In this document: one piece after another, positions 49,928 to 63,086 of the stretch
Numbering within the stretch: position 1 is the stretch's first letter
How the letters are laid out: each line of letters opens with the position of its first letter
Assembly: GCF_006345805.1 (NCBI RefSeq)
Contig: NC_042999.1
Location: 51,088,001 to 51,152,000 of the forward strand
Direction: 5' to 3'
DNA: 64,000 nt
From: Octopus sinensis
Taxonomy: Eukaryota
Notes under the pieces: model-generated
Database searches by the model: none
What the model saw: only the letters and a program-made list of their open reading frames with translations
What the model was told of the DNA's origin: nothing
Position numbers and translations under genes: made by a program

Positions 49928-50305
49928 AGGTGTAGGAGTGGCTGTGTGGTAAGTAGCTTGCTTACCAGCCTCATGGTTCCAGGTTCAGTCCCACTGCGTG
50001 GCACCTTGGGCAAGTGTCTTCTACTGTAGCCTCGGGCCAACCAAAGCCTTGTGAGTGGATTTGGTAGACGGAAACTGAAAGAAGCCCATATATGTATGTG
50101 TGTGTGTATATGTTTGTGTGTCTGTGTTTGTCCCCCCAACATCAATGCTGGTGTGTTTATGTCCCCTTCACTTAACGGTTCGGCAAAAGAGACTGATAGA
50201 ATAAGTACTAGGCTTACAAAGAATAAGTCCTGGGGTCCATTTGCTCAACTAAAGGCAGTGCTCCAGCATGGCCACAGTCAAATGACTGAAACGAGTAAAA
50301 GAAAA
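49928..50305 (+). mobile_element. SINE family A
   Basis: Family motifs. Confidence 0.85.
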
Positions 50306-50959
50306 ATTAATCATGCTTCATCTTGCAGCTTTGAGATTTTGATGATGTGATTATTTTATTCTTTAGAATGATATTGTAGAGTAGGTGTGAGAGGCTGGAT
50401 CTGACTAGTTTGAACATAAAACAGGTAGAATATTTGGGCCAGATATGGCAGTTTTAAATGCTAAAGGGCTAAGCTTATAAATAAACTTTATTCTAGTTGT
50501 AACCGTCCCACCTTATTTGGGGTTTTTCAGAACTACATTATCAACCATGTCTTTCTCCTTTTTAAAATGGCTAGGGTAGAGCATAAAAGAGTTTTGGTTG
50601 TTGTTTCTAATGGGTTTTTACTTAACTTATGTGATCTGTGTGAAAGAGGCTTTGCTTATTTTCCCTACTAGTTTGCAGAATGAGAACGAACTTCCATAGT
50701 ATATATTTCTTGCGAGCTATTATCATCAGTTACACCATCACCGTGTCCTCCATAACAACAACTACCACCACTGTTATCATCATCATCAGCAGCAGCAGCA
50801 GCAATAATATGTTGACCAATGATATCTTTTGTAGATGTTGAATTATTACTGTGGTATATTGTGTACAGCAATGTGAAAGGATAACCCTACAGAATATCAA
50901 AGCAATAACGAATAACGTTGACAAAATATTAAAATAATATCAAAATAATTCCTTCTAAT

Positions 50960-53370
50960 TTTGGCACAAGGTTCATAATTTTGAGAAGAGGGGGTTAGTC
51001 AATTACATCGACCCCAGTACTTGACTGGTAGATTGACCCCAAAAGGAAGAATGGCAAAGTTCACTTCAGCAGCATTTGAACCAAGAAAGTAATGTCTCAA
51101 AAGCGGCGAGCTGGCAGAAACTGTAGCACGCTGGACGAAATGCTTAGTAGTATTTTGCCTGCCATTACATTCTGAGTTCAAATTCCGCCAAGGTCAACTT
51201 TGCCTTTTATCCTTTCAGGGTCGATAAATTAAGTACCAGTTATGCACTGGGGTTGATGTAATCGACTAAATCCCTTTGTCTGTCCTTGTTTGTCCCCTCT
51301 ATGTTTAGCCCCTTGTGGGCAATAAAGAAATAAGAAGGTAATGTCTCAAAATGTTTTATCCAGTACATTAAAGATTATACCAGCTCACCAACTTAATGTA
51401 ATACTGGTTTCAGATTTTTGGACAAGGCCAGCAATTTCAGGATTACATTGACCCTGGTGTACAACTGGTACTAATTGTATCAATCACCTAAAAGGGGAAA
51501 AACAAAGTTGACCTTGGGGAAATTTAAACTCAGATCATAATGACAGACAAAATGCCACTAAGCAGTTTGAGCAGCTTGCCATCTTACTTTAAAGTAATAT
51601 TGATTTCAAATTCTAGCACAAGAGGGTTCAAGGCAATTACATTGACCCCAGTGCTGAAGTGGTACTTATTTTATGGACCTCTGAAAGGATGAAAGCTAAG
51701 GTTAACCTTGGCAGAATTTGAACTCAGAACATAAAGATGAATGAAATATTGCTAAGCATTTTGACAGGCATGCTAACAATTCTGCCAGCTTGCTACTTTA
51801 CTTTAACCATTTAGCATTTAAAATGGCTATATCCAGCCCGAATATTATTCTTGTTTTTGTGTTCAAACTAGCCAGATCCTGCCTCTCACACCTATGCTAC
51901 AATGTCATTCTAAAGATAAACAATCACATCATCAAAATTTCAAAGCTGCAATATAATGTATGATTAATTTAAAACATAGAAAAAGCTGAATGTCAAAGGC
52001 TTAAAGTAATATCAAAATAAAGAATAAAAAGTTTTGAATGGTACAACAATGCACTATAATACAGACAATGGACTATATACCTATTGTAATTTAGTCATCC
52101 ATAGTCTGATATGATATTTTGGAATGATATTCCTTCTTCAGATATTCTTAGACAGAGTCGCTGTTATAATCGGTTTTCTAATGGTTTTCTTTTTTTATTT
52201 ATTGGAAGCATCTCAGCAGTGGTCTCATGATGCTTTTTCCGGAATTCCTCATGAGAAGTGTGTGAGGTTGGCCATGTCTCAATCTCGTGTGTGCTGGTAC
52301 TTCCGTAGTACTGCTTATAAGTTACGTATTATACGTGCAGCTTCTTTTTTTTTCTCCCAGGAAAGGCTGTGTGGTAAGTATCTTGCTTACGAACCACATG
52401 GTTCCGGGTTCAGTCTCACTGCATTGCACCTTGGGCAAGTGTCTTCTACTATAGCCTCGGGTCGACCAAAGCCTTGTGAGTGGATTTGGTAGATGGAAAC
52501 TGAAAGAGGCCCGTCATATATATGTATATATATGTGCGTGTGTATGTGTTTGTGTGTCTGTGTTTGTCCCCCGAACATCGCTTGACAACCGATGCTGGTG
52601 TGTTTATGTCCCTGTCACTTAACGGTTCAGCAAAAGGGACCAATAGGATAAGTACTAGGCTTACAAAGAATAAGTCCTGGCATCGATTTGCTCGACTAAA
52701 GGCAGTGCTCCAGCATGGCCATGGTCAAATGACTGAAACAAGTAAAAGAGTAAAAGAGCAAAAGAATATTAAAATAATGATTTCAAATTTTGGCATAGAG
52801 CCAGCTTTTGAAGGGATAGCAAAGTCAATTACATTGACCCCAGTATTCAACTGGTATTTATTTTATCAACTCTGAAAAGATGAAAGGCAAAGTCAACCTC
52901 AGCGGAATTTGAACTCAGGACATAGAATAAAGATGGGTAAAATGCTGGTAAGCATTTTGCCTGGCATGCTAATAAATTCTGCCTACTCACCTCTTCACTC
53001 AAGAGTAAAATGAAATAATGGTTTCAAATTTTGTCTCAGGACCAACAGTTTTTGAGAGGATGGAGAAGTCGATTATATCAACCCCATTGCTCAACTGGTA
53101 CTTATTTTATCAACCCTGAAAGGATGAAAGGCAAAACTGGACAAAATGCAACTAAGCATTTCAGCCAGATCACCACCTTCAATAATGGTTTTAAATTTTG
53201 ACACAGGGCAACAGTTTTTGAGGGGAGGGTAAGTCGATCACATTGACTCCAGTACTTGACCAGTACTTATTTTATCAATACTAAAAGGATGAAAGGCAAA
53301 GTCAACCTCAGCAGAATTTGAACTCAGAACATAAAGACAGACAAAATGCTATTCAGTGTTTTGCCTGGCA
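50960..53370. mobile_element. Dense cluster of SINE family B copies with a SINE A at ~52362-52765
   Basis: Repeated GAAAGGCAAAGTC/GACTTTGCCTTTC cores in both orientations. Confidence 0.7.
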
Positions 53371-53384
53371 TTCTTTTACTTTTC

Positions 53385-53936
53385 CTTTTATTCTTTTACT
53401 TGTTTCAGTCACTTGGCTGCAGCCATGCTGGAGCTCCAACTGAAGGAGTTTTTAGTTGAAGAAATTGACCCCAAGACTTATTCTTTGTAAGCCTAGTATA
53501 TTCTATCGGTTTTTCTTTTTGTCAAACTGCTAAGTTGTGGGGATGTAAACGCACCAACATTGGTTGTCAAGTGATGGTCAAGCAACAGAAAGACACACAT
53601 AAATATATATACATAAGTACATACAGTAAGTAGCTTACTTACCAGCCACATGATTCTGGGTTCAGTCCCACTGCATGGCACTTTGGGCTTCTACTATAGC
53701 CAACCAAAGCCTTGTGGGTGGATTTGGAAGACAGAAACTGAAAGAAGCCCATCGTGTGTGTGTCTGTGTTTGTCCCCACCACTATTGCTTGACAACATTC
53801 CCCCGTAACTTAGCAGTTCAGCAAAAGAGACTGATAGAATAAGTACTAGGCTTACAAAGAATATATCTTGGGGTTGATTTGTTTGACTAGGTGGTGTTCC
53901 AGCATAGCTGCAGTCAAATGACTGAAACAAATAAAA

Positions 53937-53940
<4 letters not shown>
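53385..53940. mobile_element. Adjacent inverted pair of SINE A copies (minus tail, then plus copy)
   Basis: ~53385-53620 minus; ~53627-53940 plus. Confidence 0.75.
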
Positions 53941-54032
<92 letters not shown>

Positions 54033-54649
54033 CACACACACATACATATAAGTGGGATGACCACTACGTGGCCAACCCTTATGCTAGAAGTAGATCTGCT
54101 ATGGTCTTAACACAAAGAAAGGAATGTTCTCAAACGACAGGCTTCTTTCAGTTTCCATCTATCAAATCCACTTTCAAGGCTTTGGTCAGCCAGAGGCTAT
54201 AGTAGATGACACTTACCCAACATGTCACACAGTAGGACTGAACCTGGAACCATGTGGTTGGGAAGCAAGCTTCTTACCACACAGTCACACCTGCACCTAT
54301 AATGTTAACAATTCTGCCAGCTTGCTACCTTACTTTAAAGTAATACTGAAATAATACAAACAGACAATGGATGTGCCAGTTATGGTTTTAATGGTTAAGC
54401 AAAGAGACAGATGTCTAAATTTAAACCAGTAACAAGGTATTGTCTGATTATATTATTTCGATATTATTTTGATATCTTGTCATTTTATTATCACATTATA
54501 TTTTCACACTGTCAATAATATAATTATTTTATTATATTCTCACACTTTGAAAAATAATATAATTATTATATTATTGTTTAATTGTCTCACATTGTTGTAA
54601 ACAACTTACAAAAGCAGCAACTCAATACACAATATAAAACATGTTGATC

Positions 54650-54743
54650 AAGACATCCAATGCAATAATGTCTTCATCAGGGTGATTACCAGCATCGTCA
54701 TGACATCATTGTCACCTTCTTCTTCTTCGTAATCATCACCATT

Positions 54744-54791
<48 letters not shown>

Positions 54792-54858
54792 GTTATTATC
54801 ATTATCATCATCATCATTAGCATCATCTTTATCATTATTATTAGTAGTAGTCGTAGTC

Positions 54859-54898
<40 letters not shown>

Positions 54899-54986
54899 CA
54901 CCACCACCACCACCACTACTTTTCATCACCACTATCATCATATACAGCTGCAGCACCATCACAACCACTACCACAACCACCACTAC

Positions 54987-55037
<51 letters not shown>

Positions 55038-55540
55038 CATCGTCGTCATCATCATCGTCGTCGTCATCATCATCATCATTTCATCATCATCATCATCTTC
55101 TTTTTCTTTATTGTCATCATCATTGACAGCAGCACCACTATCAAAAAGCAGCATGACTATCCTCACCACCACCACCACCACCACCACCACCACCACCTCC
55201 ACCATCATCATCATTATCATCGTAATAATCATCATTATCATTCATCGTAGTCACCTTCGTCATCATCATCGTCGTCATTGTCGTCAACATCTTCATCATC
55301 ATCATATCATCATCATCATATCATCATCATCATCATCGTCATCATCGTCATCATTATCATCGTCGTCATTTCATCATTATCATCATCATCATCATCATCA
55401 TCCTCATCATCATCATCCTCACCATCATAATACCATCATCATTGTTATCATGAACATCACCACCTTCATTGTCACAGTTGCCGTCATCACCATGGTCTTT
55501 ACGATCATCTTCATCGTCACCATCATCATCATCATAGCTA
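54650..55540. repeat. Compound (CAT)n/(TAG)n/(CAC)n arrays
   Basis: Direct reading. Confidence 0.9.
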
Positions 55541-55936
55541 GAATCATTGGATGTATCAGCTACTCACTTTCACATCACTGATTACGTCTTGTAATTTTTA
55601 TTGTTCAATCCTCTTCATAATCTCAGTTCCTAGAATAACATACAAGTAAATGTGCAAGCAAGATTCTACATGTTAAACTTAAACACGACAGCACAACAAT
55701 GCGTTTTGGCATAAAACAATCTCATTATACAAAAATTGTAGTAAATTAGAAGCAATCATTTATAATTAGAAACAATTTTAAGGAAGTTGTTTTAAAGTAA
55801 ATTAGAAAACAACAGGCTTTCTTCTAATTAGTGTAATTGTTTCTAAAATAAACACAAGGCCTGAAATTTGTGAAGATGGAGTGAATTGAAACCATCGACT
55901 CCAGCACTAGGCAACTACTTTGCTTTATCAATGCAG

Positions 55937-56540
55937 AAGTGTTTGTGTGGTAAGAAGCTTTCTTCCTGGAGGACTCCTACAGATTTATGTCTGTGTGGTC
56001 TGGTCTGGAACCGAGTACATGCTTCAATGAAGCAAGGAGACTGGTCGGCCGGATAACTTGAACTTTTGGACTCAAAAAAGAGTCTACAAAATGTGAAATA
56101 TGTGACTTTTGTGTAATGTACGAGGTTTATAGCCTCATTGTGTTTTAAAAAAGAAAAAAAAAGAAAGAATTCTGAACATTGTGTTTTTTATGTAAGAGGT
56201 TTGTTGCCTCATTGTGTTTTCGGGAAAAAGGAAAAAAGAACATTGTTTTAGAGAAGCGAAAGTCAGCGGGCGCTTTTCGTCTTCTCCCATCCTTATCATC
56301 CTTGCATCATTATCATTCATCCCATAAATGTCTGTGTCCAGCCCGCAAAGCTTCTATCTGTGTGATGCCCTTGTGGCAAATTAAATGAAATAAAGAAGCT
56401 TTCTTCCCAGGCACATGGTGGTTCTGAGTTCACTCCCACTGTCTTCTAATTGGGCAAGAGTCTTCTGCTATTGGCCCTTAGGCTGACCAAAGCCCTTGTG
56501 AGTGGATTTGGTAGACAAAAACTGTAAGAAGCCCATTGTA
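55937..56540 (+). mobile_element. SINE family A (different subfamily) interrupted in its head by an insert (55967-56392) with a 15-bp TSD
   Basis: TSD AAGAAGCTTTCTTCC at 55952-55966 and 56393-56407. The insert 3' end is homologous to ~28770-28902 and ends ATGAAATA. Confidence 0.85.
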
Positions 56541-57369
56541 CAACCTACATTCCTTCTTATTCTCCCTTCTCTTTCTTCTTCTTCTTCTTTGTCTTCTTCC
56601 TCTCGGCCACCTCCTTCCTAACTTTACCACTATATCTGTTTAGAATAACACCTACGCAAATTTTATAAACAAAACATTCAAAAGCGATGTTTCAGGAATT
56701 CAATCATTACTACCATCCACAGCAGGTCACTTTCGGGGGGAGAAGTTGACCATTCAACATACTACTGTCATGGCACTCCTGCATTCTTCTTCTTCTTCTT
56801 TTTCTCCTCCTCCTCCTCCTCCTCTTCTTCTTCTTATAATAATAATCGTGAAATTATTGTATACAGTGCTCAGGTGCACCACAACTTGTCAGAAAGTGCG
56901 CATAAAGTATATGCAGTAATGTACAAATGTCTGGAAAGCGAACAATGTATGAGTCAGATACATGCTTGTGTGTGTATGGAGGGGAGAAAATCAGGTGTAG
57001 TGTTGGCAAATCTCAGAAAGCATGGAAGTTTTGAAGGATGCAGTGCTCTGACAACTTCTTCTTCTTCTTTTTCTTCTTCTTCTTCTTCTCTTCTTCTTCT
57101 TCTTCTTCTTCTTCTTCCCTACTAAGAATTCACAATGACCTCGAACCCACAAGAGTAAACAAGAGAGAGAGAAACAGGCAGAAACAAGGAAAATGTCACT
57201 TGTATTTGAATACTATACAAATATTCTTTCAAAAAAACTTTTCTTTTAATTTTTCCAAAATTTAATTGTTTTCCATACTTACAGTTGAAAAAGTCTCAAT
57301 GACTGAAACCGGTACTGAAATGTTTTTTTTATAAAATTATTTTAGTATTTTCTATCTTGACTTTTTTTT

Positions 57370-57443
<74 letters not shown>

Positions 57444-57444
57444 T

Positions 57445-57670
57445 CTTTTACTTTTTACTCTTTTACTTGTTTCAGTCATTTGACTGCGGCCATGCTGGAG
57501 CACCGCCTTTAATCGAGCAACTCGACCCCGGGACTTATTCTTTTGTAAGCCCAGTACTTATTCTATTGGTCTCTTTTGCCGAACCACTAAGTAACGGGGA
57601 CATAAACACACCAGCATCAGTTGTCAAGCAATGCTAGGGGGACAAACACAGACACACAAACACACACATG
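57445..57670 (-). mobile_element. SINE family A tail
   Basis: Family motifs. Confidence 0.8.
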
Positions 57671-57696
57671 CATATATATATATATATATATATATC

Positions 57697-59193
57697 TCTT
57701 ATTATAAAAGGCAGATTTTATCTGCCTCCCTTTGGGAGTTATACAAATCTACAATATAGGATTTCTTCAATTACAATTTACCTAGCAGTTTTGAGAGTAC
57801 AATGCATCGCGTCATGCCAGGTCCAGTTTTTAAAATTTAAACTCCAATTAAGCAAAATTTACAGAAAACTCACATTCTGGTGTGTGTGTCAAATGCTTTT
57901 CTTAGTCTGGTTTACAGCACACGCAGACGCACACACACAGTGGGCAAGGAATAAAATGAAAGTAATTCACTTACTGTAGTGAGTGATTCTTTCACTCTGC
58001 CTCCCACTTCCTCTTTACACACATAGAAAAAACTTTTATTTTTTTACATAAGTAATGAGAGCGAAAGAGACTAAGAGAAAGCGATTGTATGACGAGGGAA
58101 GTTCCTTTGAAGTTACCGTGCATGGGACTCATTGATGTACATATGTGTGTGTGTGTGTGTTTGATGGAGTGTGGAAGACAGACAGTATGTTGTGTAAGTG
58201 AAGTGCTTCTGTTAGTGTGTGTGAAGAGACAGAGAGAGTAATGTGTGAAAGAGAGAGATAACTGAAATTTTTTACTCGGTTTATGTGTATATGTATGTAT
58301 GCATGTATGTGTGTGTGTGTGTGTGTATGTATGTGTGTGTGTATGTATGTATTTATATATAAAAGAAAGGTTGTGTGTCTGTCTACTCCGATTTAGATTC
58401 CTAACTACTCCCACATTTTGCGATGCAGTTTAACCAAAACCGGGTATCTTATAGTCGTGATTCATATCGAGCCTTTCTGGGTATTAGCGCGCGTCTACGA
58501 TGAGTCTATGATTTTACAAATAATTTACCATCATTTTTTTCCATTTTAATGCATATTTTTTTAAATAAACGGAAGTAACTCTCAAACTTCACACCAATAT
58601 GCGTGCTCATATGCAACGTAATATCACATCACCAGCATTTCCTCACACCCTCCTTGCACTTGGCGAAGGCAAAAACAGGGGATGAAAATGGTAATATTGC
58701 CATCGATTCCATTTGTACCATTGTTAAGACGCCTTCTGATCTCAGAGATGCAGTGTTCCCAGATTTACAAGCTAATTATCAGAATATGGATTGGATTGGC
58801 AAAAAGGCTATACTGGCCCCGAGGAATAAAACTGTTCACCATATTAATGATGAAATGCTAAAACTCATTCCTGGGAAGTCGATGTATATCAGTCTATCGA
58901 TACAACTCCTGACCCAGAGGACGTCATCAACTATCCAATAGAGGTACTCAATTCCTTTGAGCACCCCGGACTACCACCACACTTTCTCAAACTTAAAGTT
59001 AGTGCCCCTATAATGCTCATCAGAAATTTGGTTCCCCCAACAACAATGCAATGGCACACGTTTGGCGTTAAGTCCTTATCTCCCACCGTAAGCTTATTTC
59101 AATATTTGCCTGAATAATCATCATAATTCAGTGCAATCATTAACAGTACTTTCAAGCAATTCAGCCCCGAGCAACGCCGGGCAATTCTGCTAG
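57697..59193 (+). mobile_element. Composite Helitron 1
   Basis: 5' TCTTATTATAAAAGG; internal second 5' end at ~58352 (same family as 32384); 3' hairpin CCCGAGCAACGCCGGG and CTAG at 59190-59193. Confidence 0.85.
58660..59085 (+). pseudogene. Helitron Pif1-type helicase fragment (frameshifted)
   Basis: AVFPDL..KAILAPRNKTVHHINDEMLKLIPG / YQSIDT..DVINYPIEVLNSFEHPGLPPHFLKLKVSAPIMLIRNLVPP / CNGTRL, which is the canonical Helitron helicase motif string. Confidence 0.92.
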
Positions 59194-59954
59194 TCTTATT
59201 ATAAAAGGCAGATTTTATCTGCCTCCCTTTGTCAGTTATAGAAATCTACAATATAGGATTTCTTCAATTACAATTTACCTAGCATTTTTAAGAGTAGAAT
59301 GCATCGGGTCATGCCAGGTCCAGTTTTTAAAATTTAAACTCCAATTAAGCAAAATTTACAGAAAACTCACATTCTGGTGTGTATGTCAAATGCTTTTCTT
59401 AATGTGGTTTACACCACACGCACACGCACACACAGTGTGCAACGAATAAAGTGAAAGTAATTCACTTTGCGTGTGTTGACAGGTAGACAATAGAATGCGA
59501 TGGCGATGGCGATGTAATATTTGTTTCTGTCCATCACGCTGATAGATACATGAGTAAAATGTATGGCAAGCTAAGAGATAAGAGTGAGTGAAAATGTTCT
59601 TGGAAGAGAGTAAATAGCGACAGAGTGATTTGAGGAAGACTAAACTGAAAGTATTTCTATAAAACGGATAACTCATGCTATCAACATAATTTCTCCCACT
59701 TTCTCTTTGCAAGTGTACCTTAAACCACTACTCAAAAAATAAAAAAACACAGCAAACAGAAACAAATAAATACATAACGATTTACTCCTCACACAATTTC
59801 TTCAATTAGAGTTTACCTAAGATTTTTCAAAGTACTCCATTCGGTCATGCCATAACAAATTTCTTTCAATTTCACCACCAATTAAGACAAAATTTGAGAA
59901 AACTCAATATTTTAACATTTCACTCCGAAAGCATTGATGTACATGTGTGCGTGC

Positions 59955-59991
<37 letters not shown>

Positions 59992-61435
59992 ATGGGTTGT
60001 GCGACACAGAAAGTGTGGTGTGTAAGTGAAGTGCTTTTGTTAGTGTGTGTAAAGAGACAGAGAGAGTGAAAGACAGAAATAACTGAACTTTTTTTATTCA
60101 CTTTTTGTAGTGAGTGACTGAGAGAGAAAAGAGAGAGAGAGGTTATGTATGTATATATGTATGTATGGCTTCAGTGACACACACACACAAAAACACATAC
60201 CTACGTACACCTAAAGCACGCACACACACAAGCGGACCGCGAACTTCTAAATTTTGGTAGTATTAATTTGCGAGCGTACTTCTAAGCGCGCGTAATTGAA
60301 AGTTTTCACTATGATATCATCACGTGCGAAAAAATTCGAAGGGTTTTGAACAATTGAGATACAGATGTCACGCCTGTATTGAAACCATTGCTAAGCTGCC
60401 GTAATTGCTTAATTAAGGCTTTGTTTAAATTGAAAGGGGCAAATATGTGACGAGGTTGAAAAAAAATACCCCAGAAAAAAAAATTTACTGCTGGTATTTA
60501 TATAATTTACTACTATTTTGCTACAATGTCATGAAAAAGAAAAAATTTAGGTATGTACAACATATATTATATATTTTTTCTATTCATTCAACGAAAATAA
60601 AAAAATCGAATTCGCCACCCCCTTTTCCCCGTTCGCGTTTGTGTAAAAAAAATTATTAAGTTTTAAAAATTATTTACTTTGTTCAAAAAATATTAATATT
60701 AATTAATTTTCAAGAATTATTTAATTTTATTCTGTAAAATAGTAATTAATTCATTTATCTGTAAATCCGCGAGGTTGTTACTCAGGCACCTAGAAATAGC
60801 AGCCAGATTTTTATATTCTAAATAATTTGCAATTTCAAAAAATATATTAATTTTGCGTTATTTAATTTGATAAATTCTACGGAATAATTTTGCGCATTAT
60901 ATACGTTCGCGTTTCTGTAAAAAAAAGTAATTATTTAAGGGCGATCGAGTATCGAGTACCTACGTCTGGCTCGCACGCGCGAATCCGCGTGTGCGCAACC
61001 GGGACCACTCTGCGATACAAGTACCCATATATACATCCATACATACATGTGTGTGTGTGTCTATGTATGTGTATTAATGTGTGTGTGTTATCTCTATATA
61101 AAGCTAAAGTTGTCTGTGTGCGCCACGTTTGGTAACCTTCAACTAACACTATCTCCTCCGAGACCCTGCAGCGCAAGTTGACCAAAATTGAGAGTATGAT
61201 AGAAGGGTTGCTCTTCCTTCCGTAGAACATAAAATTCAAATCGAACCATGTTAACAGCAAAAATTATTTACATCAAAAAGATGCTTTTTTCTATGAAAAT
61301 CCCTATTTTTTACGATTTTTTCACTGCTGTGTCGCCACTTTTCGGCCAGAAAAATGTTCACAAAATTTTTACTTTTCAAAATTACAATTCCAGCGGGTCG
61401 AAACAAACCCGAGCAACGCCGGGCGATACTGCTAG
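59194..61435 (+). mobile_element. Composite Helitron 2, head-to-tail with Helitron 1
   Basis: Starts TCTTATTATAAAAGG directly after CTAG; internal third-family 5' end at 61091; 3' AAACCCGAGCAACGCCGGGCGATACTGCTAG|T. Confidence 0.8.
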
Positions 61436-61444
61436 TATATACAT

Positions 61445-62045
61445 ATATACGACGGGCTTCTTTCAGTTTCTGTCTACCAAATCCACTCACAAGGCTTTGG
61501 TCGGCCTGAGGCTATTGTACAAGACACTTGCCCAAGGTGCCACGCAGTGGGACTGAACCCGGAACCATGTGGTTGGTAAGCAAGCTACTTACCACACCTT
61601 TTTCTTTTATTCTTTTACTTGTTTCAGTCATTTGACTGCAGCCATGCTGGAGCACCGTCTTTAGTCAAGCAAATCAACCCCAGGACTTATTCTTTGGAAC
61701 CCTAGTACTTATTCTATCAGCCTCTTTTGCCGAACCACTAAGTTACAGGGACGTAAACACACCAGCATCAGTTGTCAAGTGATGTTGGCCGGACAAACAC
61801 AGACACACAAACATATACACACACACATACATCATATATATATATATATATACATGTATATATATATATACATATATATACAACAGGCTTCTTTCAGTTT
61901 GTGTCTACCAAATCCACTCACAAGGCTTTGGTCGGCCCGAGGCTATAGTAGAAGACACTTGCCCAAGGTGCCATGCAGTGGGACTGAACCTGGAATCATG
62001 TGGCTGGTAAGCAAGCTACTTACCACGCAGCTACTCCTGCACCTA
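61445..62045 (-). mobile_element. SINE A head plus a full SINE A copy in tandem
   Basis: ~61445-61597 and ~61600-62045. Confidence 0.82.
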
Positions 62046-62162
62046 TATATATATATGGATTCAAGTAATCAGGTAGTACACGTAAAAAAATCTCCCTAAT
62101 GTATCATTCTACAAAACATAGAATATATAGTAAGATTGATAGGAGAGAAAACAGTAATGAGT

Positions 62163-62600
62163 GTATAAAGTCATGAATGACAGACAAATAGTTTAATGAA
62201 AATTTATTTAATGATAAGAAAACTCTAATATTACAACAAATTGTTTCATAACTTAAAACATATAAATTATTTATATTATTATATTTAATAATAAATAAAT
62301 TATTTACATAGCTGCATTAATGCAAAAAGGAAAAAATCTTCCAAATTAAGCCACATTTTAACAAAGACTTTAACCTGAAGACACAGCTTAAATTCCACAT
62401 TATTTTGAAGGATTTTTTTGCATATTGCATTATTGCAGGCATGTAATTCATTTATTATTAAATGTATTATTATTATTAAATAACATAAATTAATAACATG
62501 TTTTTAAGTTATGAAACAATTTGTTGTGATATTACACTTTTCTTATTGTTAAATAAAATTTCATCAAACAATTTCTCTGTCATTTATGATTTTATATATA
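62163..62600. mobile_element. AT-rich foldback/MITE with long diverged inverted arms
   Basis: ACAACAAATTGTTTCATAACTTAAAA versus TTTTAAGTTATGAAACAATTTGTTGT, with similarity extending outward ~100 bp. Confidence 0.65.
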
Positions 62601-62733
62601 TATTGAGGAGGTGGTAAGAAGCAATGAAAATTTTTGAATAAGTGGAAATCAAATTGGTGAGTATGTTAATTAATAAGGCATTAAAACAGAATGACTCTCC
62701 CCAGACACAACAATATTTATATATGTATGTGTG

Positions 62734-62808
<75 letters not shown>

Positions 62809-62809
62809 T

Positions 62810-63040
62810 CATCATCATCATCGTTTAACGTCCGTTTTCCATGCTAGCATGGGTTGGACAGTTTGACCGGGGTCTGGGAAGCCAGGAGGCTGTGCCAGGC
62901 TCCAGTCTGATCTGGCAGTGTTTCTACAGCTCGATGCTCTTCCTAACGCCAACCACTCTGTGAGTGTAGTGGGTGCTTTTTACATGCCACCAGCACAGGG
63001 GCCAGAGGAAGCTGGCAAATGGCCATGATTGGTTGGTCAT
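62810..63040 (-). mobile_element. Family C retroposon
   Basis: Family tail motif. Confidence 0.8.
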
Positions 63041-63050
63041 ACATATGTGT

Positions 63051-63086
<36 letters not shown>

